Shown: positions 1-9,248 of the stretch, piece by piece
How the letters are laid out: each line of letters starts with the position of its first letter
Numbering within the stretch: the first letter of the stretch is position 1
Virus record (IMG/VR): IMGVR_UViG_3300014208_000023
Location: 96,001-160,000 of that record
Direction: 5' to 3' (one strand)
Source: a virus
Lineage: Duplodnaviria; Caudoviricetes
DNA: 64,000 nucleotides
Position numbers and translations under genes: made by a program
Notes under the pieces: model-generated
Database searches by the model: none
What the model saw: only the letters and a program-made list of their open reading frames with translations
Told to the model about the DNA's origin: nothing

Positions 1-141
1 TGTCTTTGGTGCAAAGGATGTGAAGGCTGTAAATCAGATGATGGTTATTGTAGCCAATATTGCCTACATGCCAACGATTGTAAATTTAGTGAATTTTTCG
101 TAGAAAAACTTGAAAAGAATTTTAAAAATAAGGATAAATAA
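1..141 (+). CDS. Partial (5'-truncated) Cys-rich hypothetical protein
   Basis: Open frame from base 1 (CLWCKGCEGCKSDDGYCSQYCLHANDC...) to TAA at 139-141; next ATG at 143. Confidence 0.6.
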   Translation, partial: CLWCKGCEGCKSDDGYCSQYCLHANDCKFSEFFVEKLEKNFKNKDK

Positions 142-142
142 A

Positions 143-418
143 ATGAATCATAACATAGGCGATGTAGTTAGATTAAAAAGTGGCGGACCAAAGATGACGA
201 TAGATACCGTTAATTATGCGGGTCATAGCGGACTCGTAAGATGCGTATGGTTTTCCGAAAATGAGGTTCGTTATGATAATTTCTCAAAAGAATCATTAGA
301 ACTAGTTGTTCCAGAAAAAATACATGTAATTCCTTATAGGGGAAATTCTTATGGCGGGCATCCTGTTGGGTGCAATATGATCTTTCCAGATTATGATGAT
401 AGAAATGATTTGTTATGA
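143..418 (+). CDS. YodC/DUF2158-family small protein
   Basis: N-terminus MNHNIGDVVRLKSGGPKMTI...VRCVWF matches the family pattern; ATG at 143 preferred over TTG at 110. Confidence 0.8.
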   Translation: MNHNIGDVVRLKSGGPKMTIDTVNYAGHSGLVRCVWFSENEVRYDNFSKESLELVVPEKIHVIPYRGNSYGGHPVGCNMIFPDYDDRNDLL

Positions 419-747
419 CATACAAAATTAAAGAAATATATGATCCAAAAGTATTGGATATGTTTGCGGAGGACAAATTGAATTGGCTAGATAAATACAA
501 TGAAATTATGGCAGATGAATATAGAGATAATTTTGGGCACAATACCGAATTTGATTTCCTTCCGCAATTCAAAAAGATAGAGAAGCTTGGTGGAGAAATT
601 ACTATAGTTGATGGTGACACGATTAAAATTCATTTGCCGAAGAAGGCCGAAGAACTATTACTATTCATAATCAATAATCTTCCTGGAGCAACTAACGCAA
701 AGTTCAATAAGAAAAAGCAGGAATTAACCTTGGAGTGGCATTACTGA
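415..747 (+). CDS. Hypothetical protein
   Basis: 110-aa ORF, ATGA overlap with the upstream gene. Confidence 0.7.
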   Translation: MTYKIKEIYDPKVLDMFAEDKLNWLDKYNEIMADEYRDNFGHNTEFDFLPQFKKIEKLGGEITIVDGDTIKIHLPKKAEELLLFIINNLPGATNAKFNKKKQELTLEWHY

Positions 748-950
748 TGAGACATATAGACGTATTGATAAACACAAAGCCTGAACTATATATTGGTAGC
801 AAAGCTATTCTTTGCGAAAATAACTCATCTGTATTCGTAACTATTTTAGGAGCAACGAGACACTCTGCCACTATACGTCATTCAAATGGTCAGCTTCAGA
901 AAACCTCTTGGGGCAAGTTATTAGTTGATAATGATTTAAAGGATAAATGA
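735..950 (+). CDS. Hypothetical protein
   Basis: 71-aa ORF in a tightly packed + strand operon. Confidence 0.6.
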   Translation: MALLMRHIDVLINTKPELYIGSKAILCENNSSVFVTILGATRHSATIRHSNGQLQKTSWGKLLVDNDLKDK

Positions 951-1120
951 ATAACGAGCATTCAAAAGAAAATAAGGAATCACAAGTACCTTTAATTTAC
1001 TACGTAAGATTGGCAGACCATGTTGCTGAATTAATGCAACAAGGTCTTCTTGATGGCGGAGAGTTTTATGGATTATACAGCGCTATGGAAGAAGTGGATC
1101 CATATTGGAGAACAAGATGA
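947..1120 (+). CDS. Hypothetical protein (57 aa, not in ORF track)
   Basis: Hand-translated MNNEHSKENKESQVPLIYYVRLADHVAELMQQG...; ATGA overlaps at both ends. Confidence 0.7.
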   Translation: MNNEHSKENKESQVPLIYYVRLADHVAELMQQGLLDGGEFYGLYSAMEEVDPYWRTR

Positions 1121-1443
1121 CCGAACGTGACCAGACTTCAGGTATAGACCGAAGCATAAGGTGTGATATATGCGGAGTATCAAGTGGATACGGTGATTCA
1201 AGAGAGCCATGGGAATGCTTTAACAATGTCAATCCGAAACCTTTCCGTTGTGAGACTTGTGTTAAGGCCGTTAAGGACGCTACTGAGCAAAGGGCCAACT
1301 CCTTATATCCAACTATAACGTTTCCTACCAAAGCAGCGGCCGAAGAATATGATAGACATATGAAAAGCATTGGATTTTATAAAATGTATGGCGGCCCAAC
1401 GTTAAGCCATGATGAAGTGAAAAAACGAAGATTTAAAAAATGA
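1117..1443 (+). CDS. Zinc-finger-like hypothetical protein (paralog of 27675..27875)
   Basis: CDIC...RCETCVKAVKDATEQR; ATG at 1117 overlaps the upstream stop. Confidence 0.7.
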   Translation: MTERDQTSGIDRSIRCDICGVSSGYGDSREPWECFNNVNPKPFRCETCVKAVKDATEQRANSLYPTITFPTKAAAEEYDRHMKSIGFYKMYGGPTLSHDEVKKRRFKK

Positions 1444-2327
1444 TCAATATCATATACAACATGGAGACTGCAGATCCAGACGATGCATTTACACTATGTA
1501 TGCTATATAGTCATCCCAAAGTAAATCTTGTTGGGGTTACAATCACTCCAGGATCATTACAGCAAGTCAATCTGGTAGAAGATCTTTTAGCGAGACTTGG
1601 AAAAAATATTCCTATTGGGGTGAAAAATTTTAATCATCCTAAGTCATGTGTTTCAGAGTTTCATTATAAATGGCTTCGTGATTATCTGTCGCTAAAAGAA
1701 TACTATGAAGCTCCTCCTGATGGAGGAGATCTAATCGCCGCCGCCATCAAGCAACATGGAGATACTAAAATTGTGTCTGGAGCAGGCCTAGGCTGTGTTG
1801 CTCAATATCTTACAAAATACAATACAGAACTTGATGAGGTAGTTATTCAGGGTGGCTTTGCTGGCGACAATGTTGTTCCAGAAGAATTGCGTCTAGCCAA
1901 GTTCAATGGCAAGACTACATGTCCCACATTCAACCTTAATGCCGATGTTGAGGCAGCGAAACTAATTGCATCTACCAAGCAAATTAAGAAGAAGCTATTT
2001 GTTTCCAAGAATGTTTGCCACGGTATCATATACGATAATGAAATGCACGAACGCATTAAACCTCATCGTCATAACAATGTTGGGTTAGACTTGTTGGTTG
2101 ATGGTATGGATTTTTATCTCAATAAAAATAAGCACGGAAAAGCTTTTCACGATCCTCTAGCGGCCTGTGTTGCTATTGATCAAAGCATTGTTACGTTTAA
2201 AGAAGTTGAGATATATAGGGAACGAGGCGAGTGGGGAGCTAGGCTGGCTGACGGCACTAATACGTTTATTAGTATTGCCGTTGATAGGCCGGCATTTGAA
2301 AACATTCTAATTGGTAAGGGAAGATAA
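1440..2327 (+). CDS. Nucleoside hydrolase (IU-NH family)
   Basis: N-terminal ETADPDD Asp cluster, TFNL..D, and HDPLA motif. Confidence 0.85.
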   Translation: MINIIYNMETADPDDAFTLCMLYSHPKVNLVGVTITPGSLQQVNLVEDLLARLGKNIPIGVKNFNHPKSCVSEFHYKWLRDYLSLKEYYEAPPDGGDLIAAAIKQHGDTKIVSGAGLGCVAQYLTKYNTELDEVVIQGGFAGDNVVPEELRLAKFNGKTTCPTFNLNADVEAAKLIASTKQIKKKLFVSKNVCHGIIYDNEMHERIKPHRHNNVGLDLLVDGMDFYLNKNKHGKAFHDPLAACVAIDQSIVTFKEVEIYRERGEWGARLADGTNTFISIAVDRPAFENILIGKGR

Positions 2328-2328
2328 A

Positions 2329-2700
2329 ATGATTGAAATATATGACGGGCCAAAACAATATTATCATACAATCAAATCCGGAATAGATTTGAAAGTTGGA
2401 GAAATTGTTCAATTAGCAGTTGAAAATAATAAGATTGTAATAGATAGATCTGACGGCTCCGTGCCATTAGGATACATTTGTAGAATATTTGATGACGGAC
2501 GAGCCTACGTTGAGTTCCAAAGAAGCATGTTAAGAACTGATATGTATGAACCATCAGAACTTTATGCTATAAATGCAAACCTATATGTATCTAACGGACT
2601 ACTTACCACGCGACGGATAGATAACAATAGGCCAGCAATAGCTATAGTTACGAAACCACCAAGCCCAACCGATCCTAACCTTGGCTGTCTTTGGTTCTAA
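2329..2700 (+). CDS. Hypothetical protein, possibly head decoration/cement-like
   Basis: Beta-rich ORF with GEIVQL...PLG...ANLYVSNGLLTT...AIAIVTKPP pattern recalled from cement-like phage proteins; function is inference. Confidence 0.4.
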   Translation: MIEIYDGPKQYYHTIKSGIDLKVGEIVQLAVENNKIVIDRSDGSVPLGYICRIFDDGRAYVEFQRSMLRTDMYEPSELYAINANLYVSNGLLTTRRIDNNRPAIAIVTKPPSPTDPNLGCLWF

Positions 2701-2702
2701 AA

Positions 2703-3164
2703 ATGAAAAAAATTATTATTAAATGTAATAGCAAAACAGTTGGGGCTATTGATTCTGCAAACTTTACGGAAACTAGGCCGGCTGATTTTTTTGGGCCCGC
2801 AACAATTAACGGATCGGTAGGTCAGATAAAATTCGATAGCATAAACCTATCTAATACATTTATTAGAGATATTGCTAATCATAATGCCCCATTGCAATTA
2901 GAGTTCGAATATAATAACGCCATACATCAAGTAAAGAATGCTTGGGTTTCTAGCTATACAGTAAATGAAGAACCTAATGGCATTATGGTTGTAGAAAATT
3001 TACGATTTGATTGCGAATCAATGTTTGTTATGAACAAAGAGCAAGACGTATCTATGAGCCGCAAAAACGTTGTTCAGGATATAAAAACAGTTGCCGATAA
3101 AGAACTAGAAATGATAAATAAATTCTCGGCTGCCGTATCAAATCATTATAAGGAAAGTAAATGA
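2703..3164 (+). CDS. Hypothetical protein, weak tail-tube-like pattern
   Basis: IIIKCNSKTVGAI...VKNAWVSSY...FDCE; function tentative. Confidence 0.35.
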   Translation: MKKIIIKCNSKTVGAIDSANFTETRPADFFGPATINGSVGQIKFDSINLSNTFIRDIANHNAPLQLEFEYNNAIHQVKNAWVSSYTVNEEPNGIMVVENLRFDCESMFVMNKEQDVSMSRKNVVQDIKTVADKELEMINKFSAAVSNHYKESK

Positions 3165-3646
3165 GCTCAAGAGAAGAAATAAGAAAGTTTATGGACACTG
3201 AGCAATCAATAGTTCAAAAGGCTAAGCGGTATAATCAAGATGTAAAATATCTTCTTGATCAACTGTGGCGTGATGAGCATACTCATGCAGAATGTGAGGC
3301 AAGAATGTATTCGTCTGCCAACGTATCAAACACATTGCAAATAGAATTACTCAGCAAAATTATGGATATTGTAAAAAATGAACGATCTGATGTCTTCGAA
3401 TCTATGGGTGATATGGTAAAGTTAGCCGAATCCAGTCACGAATATACTCACGGCCCTTGGGTTCCGGGACCATTTGATCGAACTGCTGACGGATGGCCAA
3501 AAAATGATATGTGCAAGCGATGTGGTTATACTATTGGATCCGAAGAGTATGGGCTTGATGCTCCTCTATGCCTTAAATCTAGTCTGGCTTTTAGTAAAAT
3601 ACTAAAGTTAGTTGTAGAATACTATATGAGACCATCTGCTTGTTAG
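3161..3646 (+). CDS. Hypothetical protein
   Basis: 161-aa ORF, ATGA overlap, CKRC motif. Confidence 0.7.
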   Translation: MSSREEIRKFMDTEQSIVQKAKRYNQDVKYLLDQLWRDEHTHAECEARMYSSANVSNTLQIELLSKIMDIVKNERSDVFESMGDMVKLAESSHEYTHGPWVPGPFDRTADGWPKNDMCKRCGYTIGSEEYGLDAPLCLKSSLAFSKILKLVVEYYMRPSAC

Positions 3647-3653
3647 GAACAAA

Positions 3654-4046
3654 ATGAACGAAAAAAATAAAAGAGTAGAATTTCCCACATTTGAATGCTA
3701 TTGGTGTAGAGGGGATGTTGGCGATGGGTCGGTGACTCATGATTGCAAAGAGACGCCAAAACTAAATCTTAAAGAAACGCTAGAAATTCTAAAAGATATG
3801 GCTGAAGATAATCCACTTACTGAGGTGGGAAAAATAGCTAAAGAATTTACTAAAGTTTCTTGGATTAAGATGGATGGCGAATCTGACACGTGCCCAACAT
3901 GCAAAATGGCCACCCTTGAACGCTCGCATGGAGTGGTTATGGGACCGTGGGGAGGATCGGTCCGATGCACCACATGTGACTATAAAGATAGTTTTATGGC
4001 CTACGTTGGACGCAAATGCATAATAGTGGAGCCGATGGATAAATAA
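3654..4046 (+). CDS. Zinc-ribbon hypothetical protein
   Basis: CYWC, CPTC and CTTC motifs. Confidence 0.7.
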   Translation: MNEKNKRVEFPTFECYWCRGDVGDGSVTHDCKETPKLNLKETLEILKDMAEDNPLTEVGKIAKEFTKVSWIKMDGESDTCPTCKMATLERSHGVVMGPWGGSVRCTTCDYKDSFMAYVGRKCIIVEPMDK

Positions 4047-4171
4047 TGATAACACTTACTGTAATAATAATATCATGTATTCTATTTACGACGGCATATG
4101 GAATATGGGCACAAGAAGAAATTAAGAAATTAAGAAGGGCAATAATAAATGAGCGACAAAACAATAGATGA
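4046..4171 (+). CDS. Small membrane protein (41 aa, not in ORF track)
   Basis: MITLTVIIISCILFTTAYGIWAQEEIKK...; TAATG overlap with the upstream stop. Confidence 0.55.
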   Translation: MITLTVIIISCILFTTAYGIWAQEEIKKLRRAIINERQNNR

Positions 4172-4391
4172 GGTTCTAGATTTTATACAAGAAAAAATAG
4201 ATAATGCTCATGGTCATAAATGGGATGAATATGAAACCCTAATAACCATTAAAGACTATATAGAAAGCCGTAGGCCAGAGCTTACAAAAGAAGAATTAAA
4301 GCAAATGATGCCTAAAGTAACAATTAAGCCAATTGAAAATACTGGCGTATTTTATGATGACTATCCAGAAGAAGAGACCAATAATGAGTGA
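4149..4391 (+). CDS. Hypothetical protein
   Basis: 80-aa acidic ORF. Confidence 0.65.
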   Translation: MSDKTIDEVLDFIQEKIDNAHGHKWDEYETLITIKDYIESRRPELTKEELKQMMPKVTIKPIENTGVFYDDYPEEETNNE

Positions 4392-4755
4392 TGAAGATTT
4401 CGTCGGTAAAATACCGGCAATACAAAAGTTAGAAGTCCTACCAGCTGACAACACAAACCAAGTAAAACTAAATTGGACCGTTAGAGAGTATATAGGCTGT
4501 GAAGTTTATATGGAAGGCGACCAAGATAAAAAACCAATCACAACGAAGAGCGATATAAAAATTGGAGACCGGCTTGTAGCTTGGGGTTATATAATAGTAG
4601 TTACTGAACTAGATCCTCCTAGCGCCGAAACAACTAGCGGTAGCACTCTAGTCATATTAGAGTTTGATAAAGATGATCGACATTGCTGGGTTGCCGGTGG
4701 AATGATAAACAAGAGAGCTCTTAAGCAGCTCTGCAAAACAACTGTAATGGTATAA
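4384..4755 (+). CDS. Hypothetical protein
   Basis: ATG at 4384 (MSDEDFVGK) preferred over the longer track start. Confidence 0.65.
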   Translation: MSDEDFVGKIPAIQKLEVLPADNTNQVKLNWTVREYIGCEVYMEGDQDKKPITTKSDIKIGDRLVAWGYIIVVTELDPPSAETTSGSTLVILEFDKDDRHCWVAGGMINKRALKQLCKTTVMV

Positions 4756-4759
4756 TAAA

Positions 4760-5083
4760 ATGCAAGATGTAATAGACCCTCTTCCACATGGCGCCACTCC
4801 TAGATATGATCTGTCAAAAAATGACATGGTCTTTTACTTAGAAACAATATGTGATTGTCATGGAAAATCATTAGGACAATACGATGGTTGTGAGGCGCTT
4901 CGGCATATAGAATGTCCGCTTCATAAAATTTCTATTGATGAATTATTTAAAATTAGAGAAAAAGTAAGTAATAGTGTGATGGATGGAAAAATATATGCTT
5001 CATGCATTTGTGATGGCGGAAATGAGCGGGGACGAGGCATATTTTTTGTGGCCACAAAAGGAACCATATTGGGATATAAATGA
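4760..5083 (+). CDS. Hypothetical Cys-rich protein
   Basis: CDCH, CPLH and CICD motifs. Confidence 0.65.
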   Translation: MQDVIDPLPHGATPRYDLSKNDMVFYLETICDCHGKSLGQYDGCEALRHIECPLHKISIDELFKIREKVSNSVMDGKIYASCICDGGNERGRGIFFVATKGTILGYK

Positions 5084-5571
5084 TAATTAAGATGATAGCT
5101 GCCGTCTCCCAAAATGGAGTAATTGGGTGTGACAATGACATTCCGTGGAAAACAAAATATCCGGAAGACTTCAAATTTTTCCGCCAAATGACTGCCGGAG
5201 GCGAAGTAATTTTTGGACGCAAGACGTTTGAAAGCATAGGAAAGCCTCTGCCGAAAAGAAATAACATAGTTATAACCAGACAAGAAAAGATTGATGGCGT
5301 AACTTGCTTTCCATCACTAGGGGCCTGGCATAGATCGCGGTCTGTAATTCTAGAAGATGTTGCAGTTATCAAATGGATGTGCGGAGGCTCGGAAGTATAT
5401 CGTGAAGGCATGAAATATGCTTCAGAGATTTATCTTACACTAATACCAGAGACTGTTACTGGCAGCAGTCTAGCCCTCTTCCCCTGGATTAACCCTTCGC
5501 TCTTCTCTGTTGCCGAGACCATTGCTATTGAAAATTCCGATCTTAAAGTGGTGAAATATGTTAGGGCCTAG
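5080..5571 (+). CDS. folA: Dihydrofolate reductase
   Basis: IAAVSQNGVIG..NDIPW, DFKFFR, FGRKTFESIG.PLP.RNNIVIT, CGG.EVY. Confidence 0.95.
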   Translation: MIIKMIAAVSQNGVIGCDNDIPWKTKYPEDFKFFRQMTAGGEVIFGRKTFESIGKPLPKRNNIVITRQEKIDGVTCFPSLGAWHRSRSVILEDVAVIKWMCGGSEVYREGMKYASEIYLTLIPETVTGSSLALFPWINPSLFSVAETIAIENSDLKVVKYVRA

Positions 5572-5593
5572 ATAGCATAATCAACACACAAAC

Positions 5594-5634
5594 GAAAAAC
5601 CGTCCCAAAATAAATTGTGACGGTTTTCTTTTAT
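5594..5634. terminator. Probable bidirectional intrinsic terminator between convergent operons
   Basis: AAAACCGTC (5596-5604) pairs with GACGGTTTT (5619-5627); A-tract on the left and T-tract on the right. Confidence 0.75.
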
Positions 5635-5649
5635 CTAAAGAGCTGATCG

Positions 5650-6120
5650 CTATAGGGTAGTAACGTTTGCAGTTCCCCTAATATTTGCTGGGCGCACTGT
5701 TCCAGCGGCCAAACGTTCTTGAAGCTGAACTGACGGAGATTTACCATACATTGCAGTATAATCGGCAACCAAGGCTGCCTCAATGGCTGCTTTTACCTGA
5801 GGTTTAACCGCAGCCTTAACTATGAAAATAGCTCTTTTAGCTGGAGCATCTACCATTATGTCTATAACAATTTGTCCAGATACATCTTGTGTTGCTTTGG
5901 TAAAATTACTTTCCGGAGTTCCAAGCTTTTTAACAAACTCTGGATGTCCTAACCCAGGGCTTGGAGGACCAAAAAAAGCATCTTGAACTGCCGGTCCAAG
6001 ATTAGATTCCTGTGTTTGTGGGACCTGAGCAAGCTTAACATTTACCTCTTTTTCATTATAGGTATTTTCTAAAAATTGATTAGCCAAGCTTTCAAGTAAT
6101 TTTGTTTTTGATCTCATCAT
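5650..6120 (-). CDS. Hypothetical protein
   Basis: 156 aa; N-terminal LESLANQFL shared with the neighbouring ORF. Confidence 0.7.
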   Translation of the reverse strand: MMRSKTKLLESLANQFLENTYNEKEVNVKLAQVPQTQESNLGPAVQDAFFGPPSPGLGHPEFVKKLGTPESNFTKATQDVSGQIVIDIMVDAPAKRAIFIVKAAVKPQVKAAIEAALVADYTAMYGKSPSVQLQERLAAGTVRPANIRGTANVTTL

Positions 6121-6140
6121 TTAATTCCCTATTCTTAAGA

Positions 6141-6554
6141 CTATGTGACTGGCGCAGCAAACTCATATACGGCCACATATGGCCCAGGACTTATATTATT
6201 AATAGTTTCTCCAAATTTAGAGAAATAATTTGGAATGCCGGACTTAAGACCGCTCACAATGGCGGCTATGTCACTGGTGGATGCGGTGGAATCTTTTGCC
6301 GGAGTAACATCTACTGACTTTACCTCAACTTCACTTGAGGATTTGACATTAAGCGTTATGGTTAATGCCTTTATTTCTTTTGCCGCGCCTTTTGCGTTAT
6401 TCTCAGCAATCAGTTTTCTAAAATTTGGAATATTATATATCGGCCATGTCGAGGCGTGCTCAATTGTTCCCGTCAAATCAGCATTAACGTTTTGGGCGGT
6501 AATGCGTAGAAATTGACCGGCTAAATTTTCTAGTATGTTTATTTTTGGCATCAT
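6141..6554 (-). CDS. Hypothetical protein
   Basis: 137 aa; N-terminal LENLAGQFL. Confidence 0.7.
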   Translation of the reverse strand: MMPKINILENLAGQFLRITAQNVNADLTGTIEHASTWPIYNIPNFRKLIAENNAKGAAKEIKALTITLNVKSSSEVEVKSVDVTPAKDSTASTSDIAAIVSGLKSGIPNYFSKFGETINNISPGPYVAVYEFAAPVT

Positions 6555-6935
6555 CTAAAAGGATAGACCCTACATAAAAAGCATTTGAATGACCCATCTT
6601 CAGCTTTGACCGCATAAGGAAAAAATTCTTTACAACGGTCACAGCATTCTCCATCTTTTCTGGATTTTATTCCGGAAATATGTGAGTCAGTTATAAGATG
6701 CGCATTTACACCCATAAAATTTTTAGGAATAGAATATTCTTTACTTTTTTTCTAGGGTAGCTTCAAATGAATTCGCCAAATAAAGTCGAACAGGAACTTT
6801 TATAAGATATCCGCCTTCTAATATAGAAATAACTTCAAAAACCTCAATGATTTCATACTTATCTATATAAGCATAAACGATATGGCCATCATTAACCTTG
6901 CAGCAAACGTTGTCACCTGGAAGTGGTTTTGTCAC
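6551..6935 (-). pseudogene. Zinc-finger protein gene split by a 1-nt shift in an A7 tract (or sequencing indel)
   Basis: ORF 6741..6935 stops at GAA AAA AAG TAA; removing one A joins it in frame to 6551..6715 (...CCDRCKEFF...FKCFLCR). Confidence 0.6.
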
Positions 6936-6956
6936 ATAAGCATGCAGGATTATACA

Positions 6957-7091
6957 TTATTGATAGCCATCATCTTCATCGTCCCAGTCCCAATCATCTT
7001 CGCCAAGATTACGGAATACAGAGTATCCAATCATAGTTAATGCAGTAACTACTACCAACAAAAATATTACAAATATAATTACAGTAATCAT
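6957..7091 (-). CDS. Small membrane protein with acidic tail (44 aa)
   Basis: MITVIIFVIFLLVVVTALTMIGYSVFRNLGEDDWDWDDEDDGYQ; ATGA-coupled. Confidence 0.65.
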   Translation of the reverse strand: MITVIIFVIFLLVVVTALTMIGYSVFRNLGEDDWDWDDEDDGYQ

Positions 7092-7216
7092 TTATTGCCC
7101 TTTTCTTCATAAGTAAAACCTGAAATCCATCCCACCATAAAAACAATAACTAGTATAGATAACATTACCGTTACTACGCCAATACCTGTAAGTAAGAAGG
7201 CGAATTCTTCTAGCAT
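7088..7216 (-). CDS. Small membrane protein (42 aa)
   Basis: MLEEFAFLLTGIGVVTVMLSILVIVFMVGWISGFTYEEKGNK; starts directly after the upstream stop. Confidence 0.6.
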   Translation of the reverse strand: MLEEFAFLLTGIGVVTVMLSILVIVFMVGWISGFTYEEKGNK

Positions 7217-7717
7217 TTATTTCTTATCAGGAGGCGCGTCGTAGAAATAGCAATGAATTCCAGTTTCAGCTATATGCTTTTTAATAAGCTCTTTGAGAGC
7301 TGGAACTTCTTCTACTAGAAGTTCTGATACGTGAATTGAGCCCTTCTCATATTTAGCAAAAGCGGCAAGTTTTTGTAGAGCCTTTTCAAGGGCGGCGGCA
7401 TCAACGATTCCTTCTTTGTTTCTAACGAGCAATGAAAGAATCATAATATCAGAATTAACTAACGTGTCCTTTATATTGCCGAGCTTGAAATTCATAATCT
7501 CACCGCTCCATGAGAAGTAATCCTGACGAACCTTGTTCCAAATGCGCTCAAGCATTTTATCTAGCTTCTGGTCAAACTTGGAAGGCCCTAAGGATACGAA
7601 GTTCATGACCATTCTGGTTCCAGCATTGACTGGAGCAAGAATACTAGCCCCAGCTGGGGCCTGCTGCATTTTTCCCATTGGTGTAAATCTATTTGATGAT
7701 GGCGGTAACTGATTCAT
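7217..7717 (-). CDS. Macrodomain-like protein (Poa1p/TARG1-like, degenerate)
   Basis: KLGNI.....DIMILSLLV.....AALEKALQKLAAFAK....SIHV fits the small macrodomain layout, but the usual PRIGCG glycine loop is absent. Confidence 0.45.
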   Translation of the reverse strand: MNQLPPSSNRFTPMGKMQQAPAGASILAPVNAGTRMVMNFVSLGPSKFDQKLDKMLERIWNKVRQDYFSWSGEIMNFKLGNIKDTLVNSDIMILSLLVRNKEGIVDAAALEKALQKLAAFAKYEKGSIHVSELLVEEVPALKELIKKHIAETGIHCYFYDAPPDKK

Positions 7718-7741
7718 GTATTTTCCTTAAAATCTAATATA

Positions 7742-8374
7742 TCACCATTCAAAAGTGCTTGTGTAGATTTCCTTAGAAATCTCTGAAAGCTTAGCAGATA
7801 TCTCATTATCATCTGCCATCTTGGATAAATCAAAAGGTATGCTCTTGAAGCCGAACAAATTTCCAGTAGCTATGTTGTCCATATTATCATCAAGATATAC
7901 ACATCCACTGAATAGTGGATACATGGTCAAAAATGTTTGATAATAAACATATGTTGGTTTTCTAGCTCCAACTTCGCAGCTGAAAAACTTAATTACATTA
8001 TCATATATTGGGGCAAGTAAAGTTTTCATAGTGTCGGCGTGCTCATACCCAATGTTACTTACTAGGGCGACTTCGACCCCATCAAGCAAAAGGTACTCAA
8101 GCCACTTAACTACGATTGGATTAGGCCTAACCGTCTGATGCCAGAGCTTTATTATTTCATTAATTTGCTCCGTGCCAAGATTAAGATTATAGAATTTATT
8201 ATTCAAATCTTTCTCAAGAACGGAGAATCCCAAATCGTGAGATTTTTGCGAATTAAACAAGAAAGCATCAGCCTCCTCTTCAGTTATGTTTGCGTATTCG
8301 GCAAGCTTTTTATTAAATTTGGTAAAATCAATGTGACAGATTACCTGCCCTATATCTATAGCTAATTTTTTCAT
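7742..8374 (-). CDS. HAD-superfamily hydrolase
   Basis: LAIDIGQVI motif I (second Asp replaced), VSN, G.RKP, YLDD. Confidence 0.85.
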   Translation of the reverse strand: MKKLAIDIGQVICHIDFTKFNKKLAEYANITEEEADAFLFNSQKSHDLGFSVLEKDLNNKFYNLNLGTEQINEIIKLWHQTVRPNPIVVKWLEYLLLDGVEVALVSNIGYEHADTMKTLLAPIYDNVIKFFSCEVGARKPTYVYYQTFLTMYPLFSGCVYLDDNMDNIATGNLFGFKSIPFDLSKMADDNEISAKLSEISKEIYTSTFEW

Positions 8375-9147
8375 TTTATGAGTTCCATTAAGAATTTTGT
8401 ATTATTATTTATATTTATGTTTATCGTATTAGATAATTTATTGCTTTGCTCTAGTTGCCCTAATTCAAAATGAATGTTGCAATATATTCCAGTTATAGTC
8501 TCAATATCTAATTGAGATAGTTTCATTGATGCGCATTTTCCATTATAGAATGCATCTGATAGCGATGTCTCTGTCCCATTACTTTCTGCGCCACATAAAT
8601 CACTTAATTCAAATTCAGGGCGACACCACTCATATCCATATGATAATTCTGGCGGATGATTTATATCACACAAATGAGATATTACTAATTTTCTTTGTGA
8701 GTTTAGCAGAATGCTTTTTATGTATTGGTGTCTCGCCCGATCTCCACTAATAAGATTAGAGTTGTATTTATGAATACCGGCCGTTCTTTTTAATGACTCG
8801 GACATTCCATAGTATAGAAGGGCCGGGCTTGCTTGCCAAAGAGGTATTCCCTTATCTATGGCATAGATGGATGTATGAATGTCGAAATCGCTTATAATAA
8901 GATCTGGATTGAACTTACTAATCTCTTTTCCATAGTAGGCAAAATTTCCATTAAATGAAATTGGGCCATTTGGATTTGTAAAGTTCAATAATGCATCTAG
9001 GCAATAGTCTGCGTTTATTTCTTTTAAAGAGTTCTTATAGCCGGCAATTTTAAATTGATGTTGAGATCCTTTAAAGAGACGAAGGTATCTCTTTAGCTGC
9101 TCATAAGAGCCTTCTCTATTACCGGCTACATATAGAAAGCGAGACAT
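8371..9147 (-). CDS. Glycosyltransferase-like protein (GT-B, MJ1255/VC2487-like)
   Basis: N-terminal LYVAG..G, PDLIISDFD and later TSLSDAFYNGK; appears shortened. Confidence 0.5.
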   Translation of the reverse strand: MSRFLYVAGNREGSYEQLKRYLRLFKGSQHQFKIAGYKNSLKEINADYCLDALLNFTNPNGPISFNGNFAYYGKEISKFNPDLIISDFDIHTSIYAIDKGIPLWQASPALLYYGMSESLKRTAGIHKYNSNLISGDRARHQYIKSILLNSQRKLVISHLCDINHPPELSYGYEWCRPEFELSDLCGAESNGTETSLSDAFYNGKCASMKLSQLDIETITGIYCNIHFELGQLEQSNKLSNTINININNNTKFLMELIK

Positions 9148-9248
9148 TAACGCCTATAGTTTGACAGCAGAACTAAATTTGCTGAAAGATAAATAAATAA
9201 TAATGATATTACAAATACGACGGCTATAACAATTGAATCGGCAATCAT
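9147..9248 (-). CDS. Small membrane protein (33 aa)
   Basis: MIADSIVIAVVFVISLLFIYLSANLVLLSNYRR; ATGA and TAATG overlaps fill the gap exactly. Confidence 0.6.
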   Translation of the reverse strand: MIADSIVIAVVFVISLLFIYLSANLVLLSNYRR

